From NCBI GenBank assembly GCA_963849325.1, contig CAWKHF010000005.1, positions 768,001 through 832,000 of the forward strand: DNA of 64,000 bases. The letters are read 5' to 3'. Source of the DNA: an uncultured Planctomycetota bacterium (GTDB lineage Bacteria > Planctomycetota > Planctomycetia > Gemmatales > Gemmataceae). Shown piece after piece: positions 54,472 through 63,265 of this stretch. The notes under the pieces were generated by a model. That model was not told where the DNA came from. It did not search any database and saw only the letters and a list, made by a program, of their open reading frames with translations. Position numbers and translations under genes: made by a program. Numbering within the stretch: the stretch's first letter is position 1; every line of letters starts with the position of its first letter.

Positions 54472-54693
54472 ATGCAGCAACTTTTTTCAACTGGGCAGGT
54501 GGCCCGACTGTTGGGCCTGCGGCCCCATCAAATCGAGTATGACCATGCCAGCAAACAGCTTGTGGAACCGGCACGCCGGTTCCTCGGCAAGAGAGTGTAC
54601 TTCGCCGATGATTTGCGGCGAGTGGCCGAGCATTTCGGCCTAACCCTTGCTGACGACCTCAGCGTGGTGCAGGCCGGGAAGGAGGTCACATGA
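54472..54693 (+). CDS. MerR-type HTH protein
   Basis: FSTGQVARLLG..GKRVYFADDL; GGAGG RBS. Confidence 0.8.
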   Translation: MQQLFSTGQVARLLGLRPHQIEYDHASKQLVEPARRFLGKRVYFADDLRRVAEHFGLTLADDLSVVQAGKEVT

Positions 54694-54861
54694 GGTTTGA
54701 GCATGTGTCCTTACGCGAGATCAGAAAGAGAAGACACAACTTGTATCGCTGTGGACGATGAAGGGGAGCCGTATCCAGACGCTATTACATAGTATTAGGG
54801 AACAACTCAACACCACAACCAAGACAGTAAGTAGCATGAATCGAAAGCGAACGAGGAGACA

Positions 54862-55779
54862 ATGGAGAATGCCAAGAGACGCCGCCACAACCATCGGCGG
54901 CGATCAGCAACGGAAGGTGCTCATCAAGAGGACGTGTCCCTTGACCCCACAAGGCCGGACCCTGACAACAACCTCTTCCTGACCGACCCTCCTTTCAGCA
55001 AGCCGAGCCTCTACAAGCCGAAGGGCTGGACCGACACTGTGGCCGGATACATCCGTGAGGCCAAGAAACTGACCATGTGCATCCTGCTCAACGAGCGACT
55101 GATGGACCACTCTTACCAGTGGCATGTGACCATCAATTTCGACGCCGACCAGACGCCCGCCGAGATCAGAGAGCGTTGGGCGAAGGTGCGCAAGAGCCTA
55201 AAGAGGAGCGGCGTGGTGGCCCTGTCCGTCATGGAGGTCAATCGGTCCAACCACGTCCACTTTCACCTAATTGTGAGTAGCAGGATCAGCGAGGCCGCGC
55301 TGAGGCGGGCGGTCGAGGAGGCAATGCCGTCCCAAAAAGTCATCGGCTGGCACAACCGGCCCCAGCGGATTAAGCCCGGCGAAACGTGGGAACTTGCCCA
55401 TTACGTGACGAAGGCCAAAAAGCCGGGGTACGTCAACGGCAGGCTGGTCGATGACTACTACGCCAGCAAGCGCATCCTGTTCAAGCCGAAGCTGGGGCTG
55501 CACAAGCACTATGCCATCGGCCCGTTCTGGGTGAAGCCCAAGGCAGCGATCTGGAAGGACATCGCCGCCAAGGAGGCGAGGATTGCCGAGGGACTGGAAC
55601 AACCCGGAGTGCGGAAGCTCGTGGATTACATGTACGAGTTGCTGGATCGGACGATGCCGCTCAAGGGCATCGAGCGCGCTTTCGGCTTCCACGCCGACTC
55701 CGAGCCTGTGAAGCGCTGGATCACGCAGCTAATAGGAGACGATGACGAGGATTATGAGTCTATTAACGAAAAGCACTAA
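54862..55779 (+). CDS. HUH endonuclease, rolling-circle Rep-like
   Basis: WHVTINF (motif I-like), HVHFHLIV (HUH), HYVTK (YxxK). Confidence 0.7.
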   Translation: MENAKRRRHNHRRRSATEGAHQEDVSLDPTRPDPDNNLFLTDPPFSKPSLYKPKGWTDTVAGYIREAKKLTMCILLNERLMDHSYQWHVTINFDADQTPAEIRERWAKVRKSLKRSGVVALSVMEVNRSNHVHFHLIVSSRISEAALRRAVEEAMPSQKVIGWHNRPQRIKPGETWELAHYVTKAKKPGYVNGRLVDDYYASKRILFKPKLGLHKHYAIGPFWVKPKAAIWKDIAAKEARIAEGLEQPGVRKLVDYMYELLDRTMPLKGIERAFGFHADSEPVKRWITQLIGDDDEDYESINEKH

Positions 55780-56050
55780 CCCGATGAAGGCCGACCGCCA
55801 ATCTGATCGTTCCTGATAAGCACGCTGCCTTGCTCATCTGGCAAAGTTGACTCCCAGTGACGCTTGCTGCTGATAGTTGGCGTTATTGGTTCACCATCGC
55901 CTACTCGGCAAATGAGCCGCTGGATCGTGCCCGCGCACTCCGGCGCACGGGTTCTCGAAGAGGGCAGATCGAACCCGTGTTTGATACAGGTCGTCATTGG
56001 CGCTTCAACGACTTGAAGAGAAGACAAGCCACAAAGAATGGGAGATTACC

Positions 56051-56392
56051 ATGACAACTCAAACTGAATGCCCCGGCTGTGGGGTAGGCATCGGCCAACC
56101 ACACCATGCTGAATGCGATTGCGAGGCCCATGATCCGGCCAAATCAGTCTGGACCGGCGCGTTGCCGCTGGACAGCAAGAGCCGCGACAATACTTCAGCG
56201 GACCTGATAGCGAGCGAAGGATTCGCTATTTACTGCCTTCAAGGATCTTCACGAGAGCATCACGGGGCTCCGACGAAGCAGGAGCCTACTCCTCCCCGCA
56301 AGTATCCCGACTATTTGCTCGAACGGAATGCGAGATGGACCTTCAGGACGTGTTGTGTTGAACCAGTCTCAGTAGTTTCCGGTTCGGGCTGA
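56051..56392 (+). CDS. Small Cys/His-rich hypothetical protein, possibly degenerate
   Basis: CPGCGVGIGQPH..CDC..HDP..WTG; GGAG RBS. Confidence 0.45.
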   Translation: MTTQTECPGCGVGIGQPHHAECDCEAHDPAKSVWTGALPLDSKSRDNTSADLIASEGFAIYCLQGSSREHHGAPTKQEPTPPRKYPDYLLERNARWTFRTCCVEPVSVVSGSG

Positions 56393-56509
56393 GGGAGGAG
56401 GGGTGAGGGAGACAATCGCAAGGCTCCTCCTGAGAATTGGACTGCTCCCCAAAAAGTGGTCCAGGTGCTATGAGAGTCTCTGAGGCTCTTCGCGGGCAGG
56501 AGACGAACC

Positions 56510-56782
56510 ATGAAACGACACACGGCCGAAGAGATCATCCCCAAGCTGCGACAAGCCGAGGCCGACCTCGCCCAAGGCTTGACCCTCGCCCAGGTCTGCC
56601 AACGCCTGGCCATTAGCGAGCAGACCCTGCATCGCTGGCGCAACCAGTACGGCGGACTCAAGCAAGACGAGGCCAAACGCCTCAAGGAACTGGAAGCCGA
56701 GAACGCACGCCTCAAGCGTCTGGTCGCGGAACTGGCCCTGGACAAGCAGATGCTCCAGGAGGTCGCCCAAAAAAAGTGCTGA
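56510..56782 (+). CDS. IS3 transposase OrfA
   Basis: HTH; RLKELEAENARLKRLVAE. Confidence 0.93.
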   Translation: MKRHTAEEIIPKLRQAEADLAQGLTLAQVCQRLAISEQTLHRWRNQYGGLKQDEAKRLKELEAENARLKRLVAELALDKQMLQEVAQKKC

Positions 56783-56810
56783 GCGCCGACCAGCGTCGTC
56801 AGGTCGTGCG
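56769..56810 (+). other. -1 programmed frameshift signal (A7G plus downstream hairpin)
   Basis: AAAAAAAG at the orfA/orfB overlap followed by CGACC..GGTCG stem; typical of IS3. Confidence 0.8.
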
Positions 56811-57687
56811 TCAACTCCAAGAGACCTTCGGCGTGTCGCAACGTCGCGCCTGCCGTGTGCTGAGGCAACCACGCTCCACGCAGCGGCAGACGCCCCAAAC
56901 CGCCGAGGAGGAGGGACGATTGGTGCAGCGGATGTTGGCGATGGTGCGGCAGCATCCGCGTTGGGGCTACCGCCGCATCACGGTGTTGCTGCGGCGGGAA
57001 GGCTGGCGTGTCAACCGCAAGCGGGTGTACCGACTGTGGCGGCAGCAAGGGCTGAAAGTACCCCGAAAGCAGCGAAAAAAACGGCGGCTGGGTCACAGCG
57101 GCAACAGTTGCGTGCGGCGGCCGGCAGAGCACAAGGACCACGTGTGGACGTGGGATTTCTTGCACGATCGGACGAGCGATGGCCGGCCTTTGAAATGGTT
57201 CACGCTGATCGACGAGTACAGCCGCGAGTGCTTGGCGTTGGAGGTGGATCGGGGCATGACGGCCCAGGCGGTGAAGACGGTGCTGGCGAGCGTGGTGCAG
57301 CAGCGTGGCGTACCGATGCACGTCCGCAGCGACAACGGCTCGGAGTTTATCGCCGCCGCCATCCGGACGTGGATGACGGCTGCGGGGTTGGAGACGTTGT
57401 ACATTGCTCCGGGCGCGCCGTGGGAAAATGGCTACGCCGAGTCGTTCAACAGCAAGGTGCGGGACGAGCTGTTGAACACGGAGGAGTTTGGCAGCGTGGC
57501 AGAAGCGAAGGTGCTAGCCAAGGAGTGGCGTCAGGAATACAACCATGTCCGTCCTCACAGTTCGTTGGGGTATCGGACGCCAGCGGAGTTCGGGGAGATG
57601 TGTCCTCGTCCCGACTCCGCTGCGCTACGCCGGGACGAGGACACATCTGTAACGGTTGATCCGACTCTCACAGCGCCTGGTACATAA
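56776..57687 (+). CDS. IS3 transposase OrfB (DDE)
   Basis: WTWDF, RSDNGSEF, ENGYAESFN, RPHSSLGYRTP. Confidence 0.95.
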   Translation: MLSADQRRQVVRQLQETFGVSQRRACRVLRQPRSTQRQTPQTAEEEGRLVQRMLAMVRQHPRWGYRRITVLLRREGWRVNRKRVYRLWRQQGLKVPRKQRKKRRLGHSGNSCVRRPAEHKDHVWTWDFLHDRTSDGRPLKWFTLIDEYSRECLALEVDRGMTAQAVKTVLASVVQQRGVPMHVRSDNGSEFIAAAIRTWMTAAGLETLYIAPGAPWENGYAESFNSKVRDELLNTEEFGSVAEAKVLAKEWRQEYNHVRPHSSLGYRTPAEFGEMCPRPDSAALRRDEDTSVTVDPTLTAPGT

Positions 57688-57702
57688 AATGGGGGCAAGC
57701 CA

Positions 57703-58777
57703 CCTTCGCTTCTGCCACGCTGCCAAACTCCTCCGTGTTCAACAGCTCGTCCCGCACCTTGCTGTTGAACGACTCGGCGTAGCCATTTTCCCACGGTGCG
57801 CCCGGAGCAATGTACAACGTCTCCAACCCCGCAGCCGTCATCCACGTCCGGATGGCGGCGGCGATAAACTCCGAGCCGTTGTCGCTGCGGACCGTGCATC
57901 GGTACGCCACGCTGCTGCACCACGCTCGCCAGCACCGTCTTCACCGCCTGGGCCGTCATGCCCCGATCCACCTCCAACGCCAAGCACTCGCGGCTGTACT
58001 CGTCGATCAGCGTGAACCATTTCAAAGGCCGGCCATCGCTCGTCCGATCGTGCAAGAAATCCCACGTCCACACGTGGTCCTTGTGCTCTGCCGGCCGCCG
58101 CACGCAACTGTTGCCGCTGTGACCCAGCCGCCGTTTTTTTCGCTGCTTTCGGGGTACTTTCAGCCCTTGCTGCCGCCACAGTCGGTACACCCGCTTGCGG
58201 TTGACACGCCAGCCTTCCCGCCGCAGCAACACCGTGATGCGGCGGTAGCCCCAACGCGGATGCTGCCGCACCATCGCCAACATCCGCTGCACCAATCGTC
58301 CCTCCTCCTCGGCGGTTTGGGGCGTCTGCCGCTGCGTGGAGCGTGGTTGCCTCAGCACACGGCAGGCGCGACGTTGCGACACGCCGAAGGTCTCTTGGAG
58401 TTGACGCACGACCTGACGACGCTGGTCGGCGCTCAGCACTTTTTTTGGGCGACCTCCTGGAGCATCTGCTTGTCCAGGGCCAGTTCCGCGACCAGACGCT
58501 TGAGGCGTGCGTTCTCGGCTTCCAGTTCCTTGAGGCGTTTGGCCTCGTCTTGCTTGAGTCCGCCGTACTGGTTGCGCCAGCGATGCAGGGTCTGCTCGCT
58601 AATGGCCAGGCGTTGGCAGACCTGGGCGAGGGTCAAGCCTTGGGCGAGGTCGGCCTCGGCTTGTCGCAGCTTGGGGATGATCTCTTCGGCCGTGTGTCGT
58701 TTCATGGTTCGTCTCCTGCCCGCGAAGAGCCTCAGAGACTCTCATAGCACCTGGACCACTTTTTGGGGAGCAGTCCA
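57703..58777 (-). mobile_element. IS3-family second copy, inverted and 3'-truncated
   Basis: Near-identical reverse complement of 56438-57511; lacks right end. Confidence 0.93.
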
Positions 58778-59010
58778 GTGCGTCACCAAGTCGATTTCGA
58801 GGCCATCGTGAACGCCAGACCTCTCGATGGTCTCCGGGCCGGTACGGAGACCGACGACCTCGTTGAGCGGCAGCATGTGAACGCCGCGTAGATCGAAGTC
58901 GGAATCCGGCGACGGGAAGCCATACAGGTGCGCCCGCTGATGGTGGTGGCGAAGATCAGCCGGTACGGATGCTCCTCGACTTGTTTCTTCAACAGCAGCA
59001 TCGGGATCAT
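58778..59010 (-). pseudogene. RlaP/YcgL-like nucleotidyltransferase truncated by IS
   Basis: HPYRLIFAT..AHLYGFPSPDSDFDLRGVH..LEIDLVTH ends exactly at IS end. Confidence 0.85.
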
Positions 59011-59957
59011 GGCAATTCCTCCGACAAGGCCCGACGCCGGGCACGGATGAGGAACGCATTGGCGCGTTCGTAATCAGGGCGTTCGGGCAGCTTCGTGGTT
59101 TCAAATGCCGCGTTGAACTCTTGGTGCAGGCTGTGCCGCCAGTTCTCCACGTCCTCCCACGACACTTCACCGCGCCGGATCGCCAAGAGCCTGTCGCGGT
59201 GGGCATCGACCCTCACCGGAACGATCCCCTCGCGTAGCACTCCGATGCCCGAAAGCAATAGGCGGATCAGGTGCATGACGTGCTTCCATTTCACCTGTCC
59301 GTGGTTCCGAATGTCGGCCTGCATCTTCTTGAACTGGCTCATCACGTAACCGTTGTACGTTTGATACACCAGCCGCGAAAGGAAGCTCGTTCGCATGGCG
59401 ATCAGTTCCTCGGCCAGCGGAGTCGCTTTCTCAACCAGCGGCGTGTAGAGGCACTCCAGCACGTTCGGGTTCGCTTTCAGGGCCAGCACGAGGAACTTCT
59501 GGAGTTCCCAGTACGCTTCCTGCGTCTGGTGGTTTTCCAGTTGCTCAGGGACGCCGTAGAGGGACCAGTGTAGGTCGGCAGTCGGCAAGTAGATGCCTCG
59601 GCGATCCACGTCGGACGCGGTGTCGGCAAGGCCATACGCCTGCGAGCCAATCACACAACGGTAGATGACGCGCTGATACAGGTCCGCGTGGGCGACCGCA
59701 TGGGCGCTGTCACCGATCTCTCCCTCCTTGAACCGGGCGAGCATCGTGACCTCGCTTCGCTTGAGTGGAGCCTCGAAGCCGTCTGGGAAGCGGACTCGGT
59801 AGGAGTGTTCATGGTCGGTCGGCGACTTCACGACGACGCCCACCGTGCCGCGTGGGTGAAGGACGAGGCCAGCGGAGCCGGGAATGTCTACCAGAGTCAC
59901 GACCTGCGTGCCCACGGAGAAGATCAGTTTGGGATGGCAATGCACTCGGTCTGCCAC
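59007..59957 (-). CDS. RlaP-like (Pol-beta superfamily) nucleotidyltransferase with N-terminal extension
   Basis: VIGSQAYGL..SDVDRRGIY, LKANPNVLE, KHVMHLIRLL, LPERPD. Confidence 0.88.
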   Translation of the reverse strand: MADRVHCHPKLIFSVGTQVVTLVDIPGSAGLVLHPRGTVGVVVKSPTDHEHSYRVRFPDGFEAPLKRSEVTMLARFKEGEIGDSAHAVAHADLYQRVIYRCVIGSQAYGLADTASDVDRRGIYLPTADLHWSLYGVPEQLENHQTQEAYWELQKFLVLALKANPNVLECLYTPLVEKATPLAEELIAMRTSFLSRLVYQTYNGYVMSQFKKMQADIRNHGQVKWKHVMHLIRLLLSGIGVLREGIVPVRVDAHRDRLLAIRRGEVSWEDVENWRHSLHQEFNAAFETTKLPERPDYERANAFLIRARRRALSEELP

Positions 59958-59993
59958 AGCAAAGAACTCCTATCGGTGCAACTCCATCGTTCC

Positions 59994-61316
59994 TCAGCCT
60001 GCCTCAGAAGATCCTGTGGGTTTTTCAACCAGTTTTCGACAATCCTCCGCTGAGTCGAATCGACACTCTTCCCACAGCCATTCGGGAGCCACTTGCTGTT
60101 GATGCAAGAGTCGGGCGGCATCGAATCGGCAGTTCGCGCAGGGCGTTAAGGCGTAGCTGATGACAGCCAGCCGGGAACAATCTGCCTCCGTGTTCTTTTC
60201 AAGAACCTTGATGACATCCATCAGGAGCCAGTGAAGCTCGCACTCGTCGTCGGGCAACTCCATCGCATTCAGAATCAGGTGTTCGTCCCCCTGCCGATTG
60301 TTGTTGATGAACAAGCCGACCACGGACCTGTCTCGTAATCCCTTTTGAAGCTCAGTCAGGGCGAACACCCGGACAAGCGGATGGGCATTCTCCTTCAAGC
60401 CTCTGAAGGCCCATGCGCGGACTTCTTTATCGGCGTGCCGACAGAGTTTGATGAGTTGGGCGTCGAACTCGGGCAGCGGGCGGGCCACAAAGACCTTGAC
60501 CAGATTGGCGATAACTCGTGGTTCCTCCACGGTCCAAAGGCGCTGAAGCACGGCTTTCAGATCCGCTTCCTCGGCGTGCATCCCCCAGCCTCGGAACCAA
60601 TAACATTTGGTGTCGCCTTCGGCTGCTCGGTTGATCTCCTCGACGGGTAAAGCCTTCATCCTTTCCCGGTGCGATTGGGCCTGTTTCACCTCGGCTGCTC
60701 TCTGCTTGTCTCGCCGCCAACATTCCCCGAATCTGCTGACCGCCGTGTCGGAGGGTGCGCTCAACAGGCTGCTGACGCGATCCTCACCGAGACAGTCGGT
60801 GGCTTGGTCGATTAGGCTTCTATCGTCCCAGTCCCATTCACGACATGCCAATTGCTGCCCTCGAACTCTCGCGGCAAAAAGAAATGCCCGTTCGCCATCT
60901 AACGCCATGATCTCTTCCTCTCCGAGCGAAGGACTTTCGGGGAACGGCCTCTGTTCCACGATCTCGTACAGCCGGTCGCGGAAGGTTCCGTCTCCTGTCT
61001 CGGCATAAAAGCGAGCGAGTTCGCAAAGCTGGTTGGCGCTGCGCTCGTCAGACAACTCGTGCAGAGCATGGAGAATCGGTACGCGGAACCGTTGCATGGC
61101 ATCAGCCGCCCCGACGATTTGCCAGAGCCAGCCTGCTCGTGATTCCTCGCATTGGGCGTCGAAACGCTTGTCCTGAAGGCACGCCTCCAAGAGTGGCTCG
61201 TCGCCGAGACGCCCGTTGAGCGCCCATTGCCATGCCCGCCCGAGTCCCTTTTGCAAGGCGTCCCGCTGCTGGTCGAGGGAGGGAGACGACGGTGGGGAAT
61301 AATCGCCGAACTTCAT
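59994..61316 (-). CDS. Hypothetical alpha-helical (HEAT-like) protein
   Basis: ATGA overlap with upstream gene; ALQKGLGRA..DAQCEESRA..TPCANCR. Confidence 0.75.
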   Translation of the reverse strand: MKFGDYSPPSSPSLDQQRDALQKGLGRAWQWALNGRLGDEPLLEACLQDKRFDAQCEESRAGWLWQIVGAADAMQRFRVPILHALHELSDERSANQLCELARFYAETGDGTFRDRLYEIVEQRPFPESPSLGEEEIMALDGERAFLFAARVRGQQLACREWDWDDRSLIDQATDCLGEDRVSSLLSAPSDTAVSRFGECWRRDKQRAAEVKQAQSHRERMKALPVEEINRAAEGDTKCYWFRGWGMHAEEADLKAVLQRLWTVEEPRVIANLVKVFVARPLPEFDAQLIKLCRHADKEVRAWAFRGLKENAHPLVRVFALTELQKGLRDRSVVGLFINNNRQGDEHLILNAMELPDDECELHWLLMDVIKVLEKNTEADCSRLAVISYALTPCANCRFDAARLLHQQQVAPEWLWEECRFDSAEDCRKLVEKPTGSSEAG

Positions 61317-62158
61317 GAACTGCCTCCAGAGCAACGTCGTATCGCCTCATCGAGTGTGGTGTCGTCGGCTTCTGCTGATTGCTTCAGCCTCTTCAGGACC
61401 GGAAGAAGGCGTGCATCGGCAATTTCCTCAGCCGCCTCAAGGCTGTAGCTGCCGTATTCCGCGTCAGGGTAGCGCTTTAATTCCTTGATGAGAGGCTCAA
61501 TGACTTGTTGATCTTTTCTGCGTGCAAGTCCCACGAGAGCTTCGCCGCGCGTCACTTCGTCCTCATCGAAAACACGCGCAAGCAGAGCCGCACGGATTAC
61601 GGGTGTGTCTTCGTCAACCTGCGTCCCTAACCCGAAAGTCGCCCAATCTCGCACGAGGTCATTCTGATCTCTCGACAATTCGATCAGCGTCGTAATCGCC
61701 AACTGGCCCTCAAAACCGAGCAGACCGAAGACAACAGCATATCGCACCTTGGCGCTCGGATGCGTCTTCAGCCGGGCCAGCGAAGGAATCGCGGTCGGAT
61801 CGTGGATGTGACCCAGCGCGATGCAGATCGCGTCGAGGACATCTTCGTCGGTTTCGACCTCAAGAAGCTTGAGCAAGACCGCCACCGACTCGTCCGGGGA
61901 GCTTCGGTTCGGGACTCCCAACTGCCCCAGAATGTTCGCCCCCAGCGTTCTCTCCTGCGGACACTCGCTGGCGCAAAGCTGACAGGCAGCGTCGAACACT
62001 TCCCGCGTTCCGCGATAGTGGAGCATCACCACTGCATCCCATGCAGCTTCCTCATCCAGCCCGGTGAGAGCCATCGTAATGAACTCGTGGGTGGTGCGCG
62101 GATCGTCTCGCGCCTCGCGGGTCCGAGACTCGGTATACGCTTTCAGGTCGTCAATCAT
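61313..62158 (-). CDS. HEAT-repeat protein, YibA-like
   Basis: LHYRG..GANILGQL, VRDWATFGLG, EALVGLARRKD, EAAEEIADARLLPVL. Confidence 0.8.
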   Translation of the reverse strand: MIDDLKAYTESRTREARDDPRTTHEFITMALTGLDEEAAWDAVVMLHYRGTREVFDAACQLCASECPQERTLGANILGQLGVPNRSSPDESVAVLLKLLEVETDEDVLDAICIALGHIHDPTAIPSLARLKTHPSAKVRYAVVFGLLGFEGQLAITTLIELSRDQNDLVRDWATFGLGTQVDEDTPVIRAALLARVFDEDEVTRGEALVGLARRKDQQVIEPLIKELKRYPDAEYGSYSLEAAEEIADARLLPVLKRLKQSAEADDTTLDEAIRRCSGGSS

Positions 62159-62937
62159 GAGCGCACCCCCCATCATTCTCGGCAATCAGCTTCCGCAGGA
62201 ATGCCGAGTAGTCGTCCTTCATGGGCAACTCAAGGTCGCGGCGAATTCGCCTTCTTCGAGCGAACACCTTCTCACCCGTGGCCGGGTTCGCCGCTGGCCG
62301 GTCATACTCCTCCCAGTAGAGCCCGACGCCGCGCTTTTGCCACGCGGGAAGATCATTGAAGTTGATGCCATGCTGGAACAGCAACTCGTTCTTGGCCGAG
62401 ACGGACAGGCCCTTCAGCGCAGCCGTGGCCTCGCCGATGCTCTGGCCCTGCTTCCGCAGCAGCCAGTAGCAGTGGCCGTTGAGCGCATTGCGATGCGCAT
62501 CTTCGCTGCGCCAACGGAAGTAATCGACAACGAGTTCGAGGGAGGGCAACTGCGAGATGCGGCAATCAAAGGACGCCAACGCCCCCAGCAACAGCGAGAA
62601 CTTCGCGCTGGCTTCACCGGCGAGGATCGAGATCAGTTTGCGGAGCTTGCGACCGAAACTGTTCTCCTCCAACCCGAATAGCAGAGAAATCTCGTCGCTC
62701 TCCGTGTAGCCGTAGACCATGTTGAAGTCACAGCCGCTCATCAGGTACTCGGCGGTCTCGACCATCAGGTCGCGGAAACGAGGATCGAACGGAGCCTCAA
62801 ACGAGTGGACCTCCTTTGTCAAGCGCGTGAAGCTGCGGCCATCCAGCCGTGTGACCATGTACAGGCCGGGGAGTACGCAAAGGTCGTGCGCCGTCTCAAA
62901 CACGCCGCATCTTCTGGTCAAGGTCATCAAACTTCAT
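62151..62937 (-). CDS. Thg1-like 3'-5' polymerase (tRNA-His guanylyltransferase family; frameshift near start)
   Basis: RLDGRSF, YTESDEISL, FDCR, YFRWRSEDAHRNALN, LPAWQKRG. Confidence 0.93.
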
Positions 62938-63249
62938 CTTTCCACTCCTTGACGACGAACTGGTTGCTCTCGTTGATCCGCACGTAATACAGTTCGGCGA
63001 ACCCTTCCTCCTTGCTGGGGATTTGCGTCCGCCCGCGTCCCAGAATGCCTCTCAGCGGGATCTGCTCGACAGGACGCTGCTCGTTGCGGCGCTTGCAGTC
63101 CTCGACTCGGGACTGGAAGTAGTAGCCGATGACCCGAATCCGCTTCTTTCGCGGCTCGATGTACACCTGCCGTTCGGCACGTAGGATTCGTGTTGGTAGA
63201 ACGTCGATTTTCCCCCGCCCTGCAACCCAATAAAGATCACGGCTTCCAC
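62927..63249 (-). pseudogene. AAA_33 / PNK-type P-loop kinase, internally deleted or mis-sequenced
   Basis: MEAVIFIGLQGGGKSTFY..TN..GYYFQS..RNEQR..PSKEEGF in several frames; middle segment missing. Confidence 0.75.
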
Positions 63250-63265
63250 AGTTCAACCTCGTTCG

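Larger units (their letters stand above)
56438..57702 (+). mobile_element. IS3-family insertion sequence, complete copy
   Basis: TG..CA ends with imperfect IRs (TGGACTGCTCCCCAAAAAGTGGTCCA / TGGTACATAAAATGGGGGCAAGCCA); orfA+orfB. Confidence 0.95.

Noticed and set aside
46940-56437. Complete prophage or conjugative ICE
   Set aside because: No capsid, terminase, tail or type IV secretion genes recognisable in the window
57555-58439. Distinct second transposase with a novel C-terminus
   Set aside because: Same IS, truncated, with one extra base, reading into the antisense of copy 1
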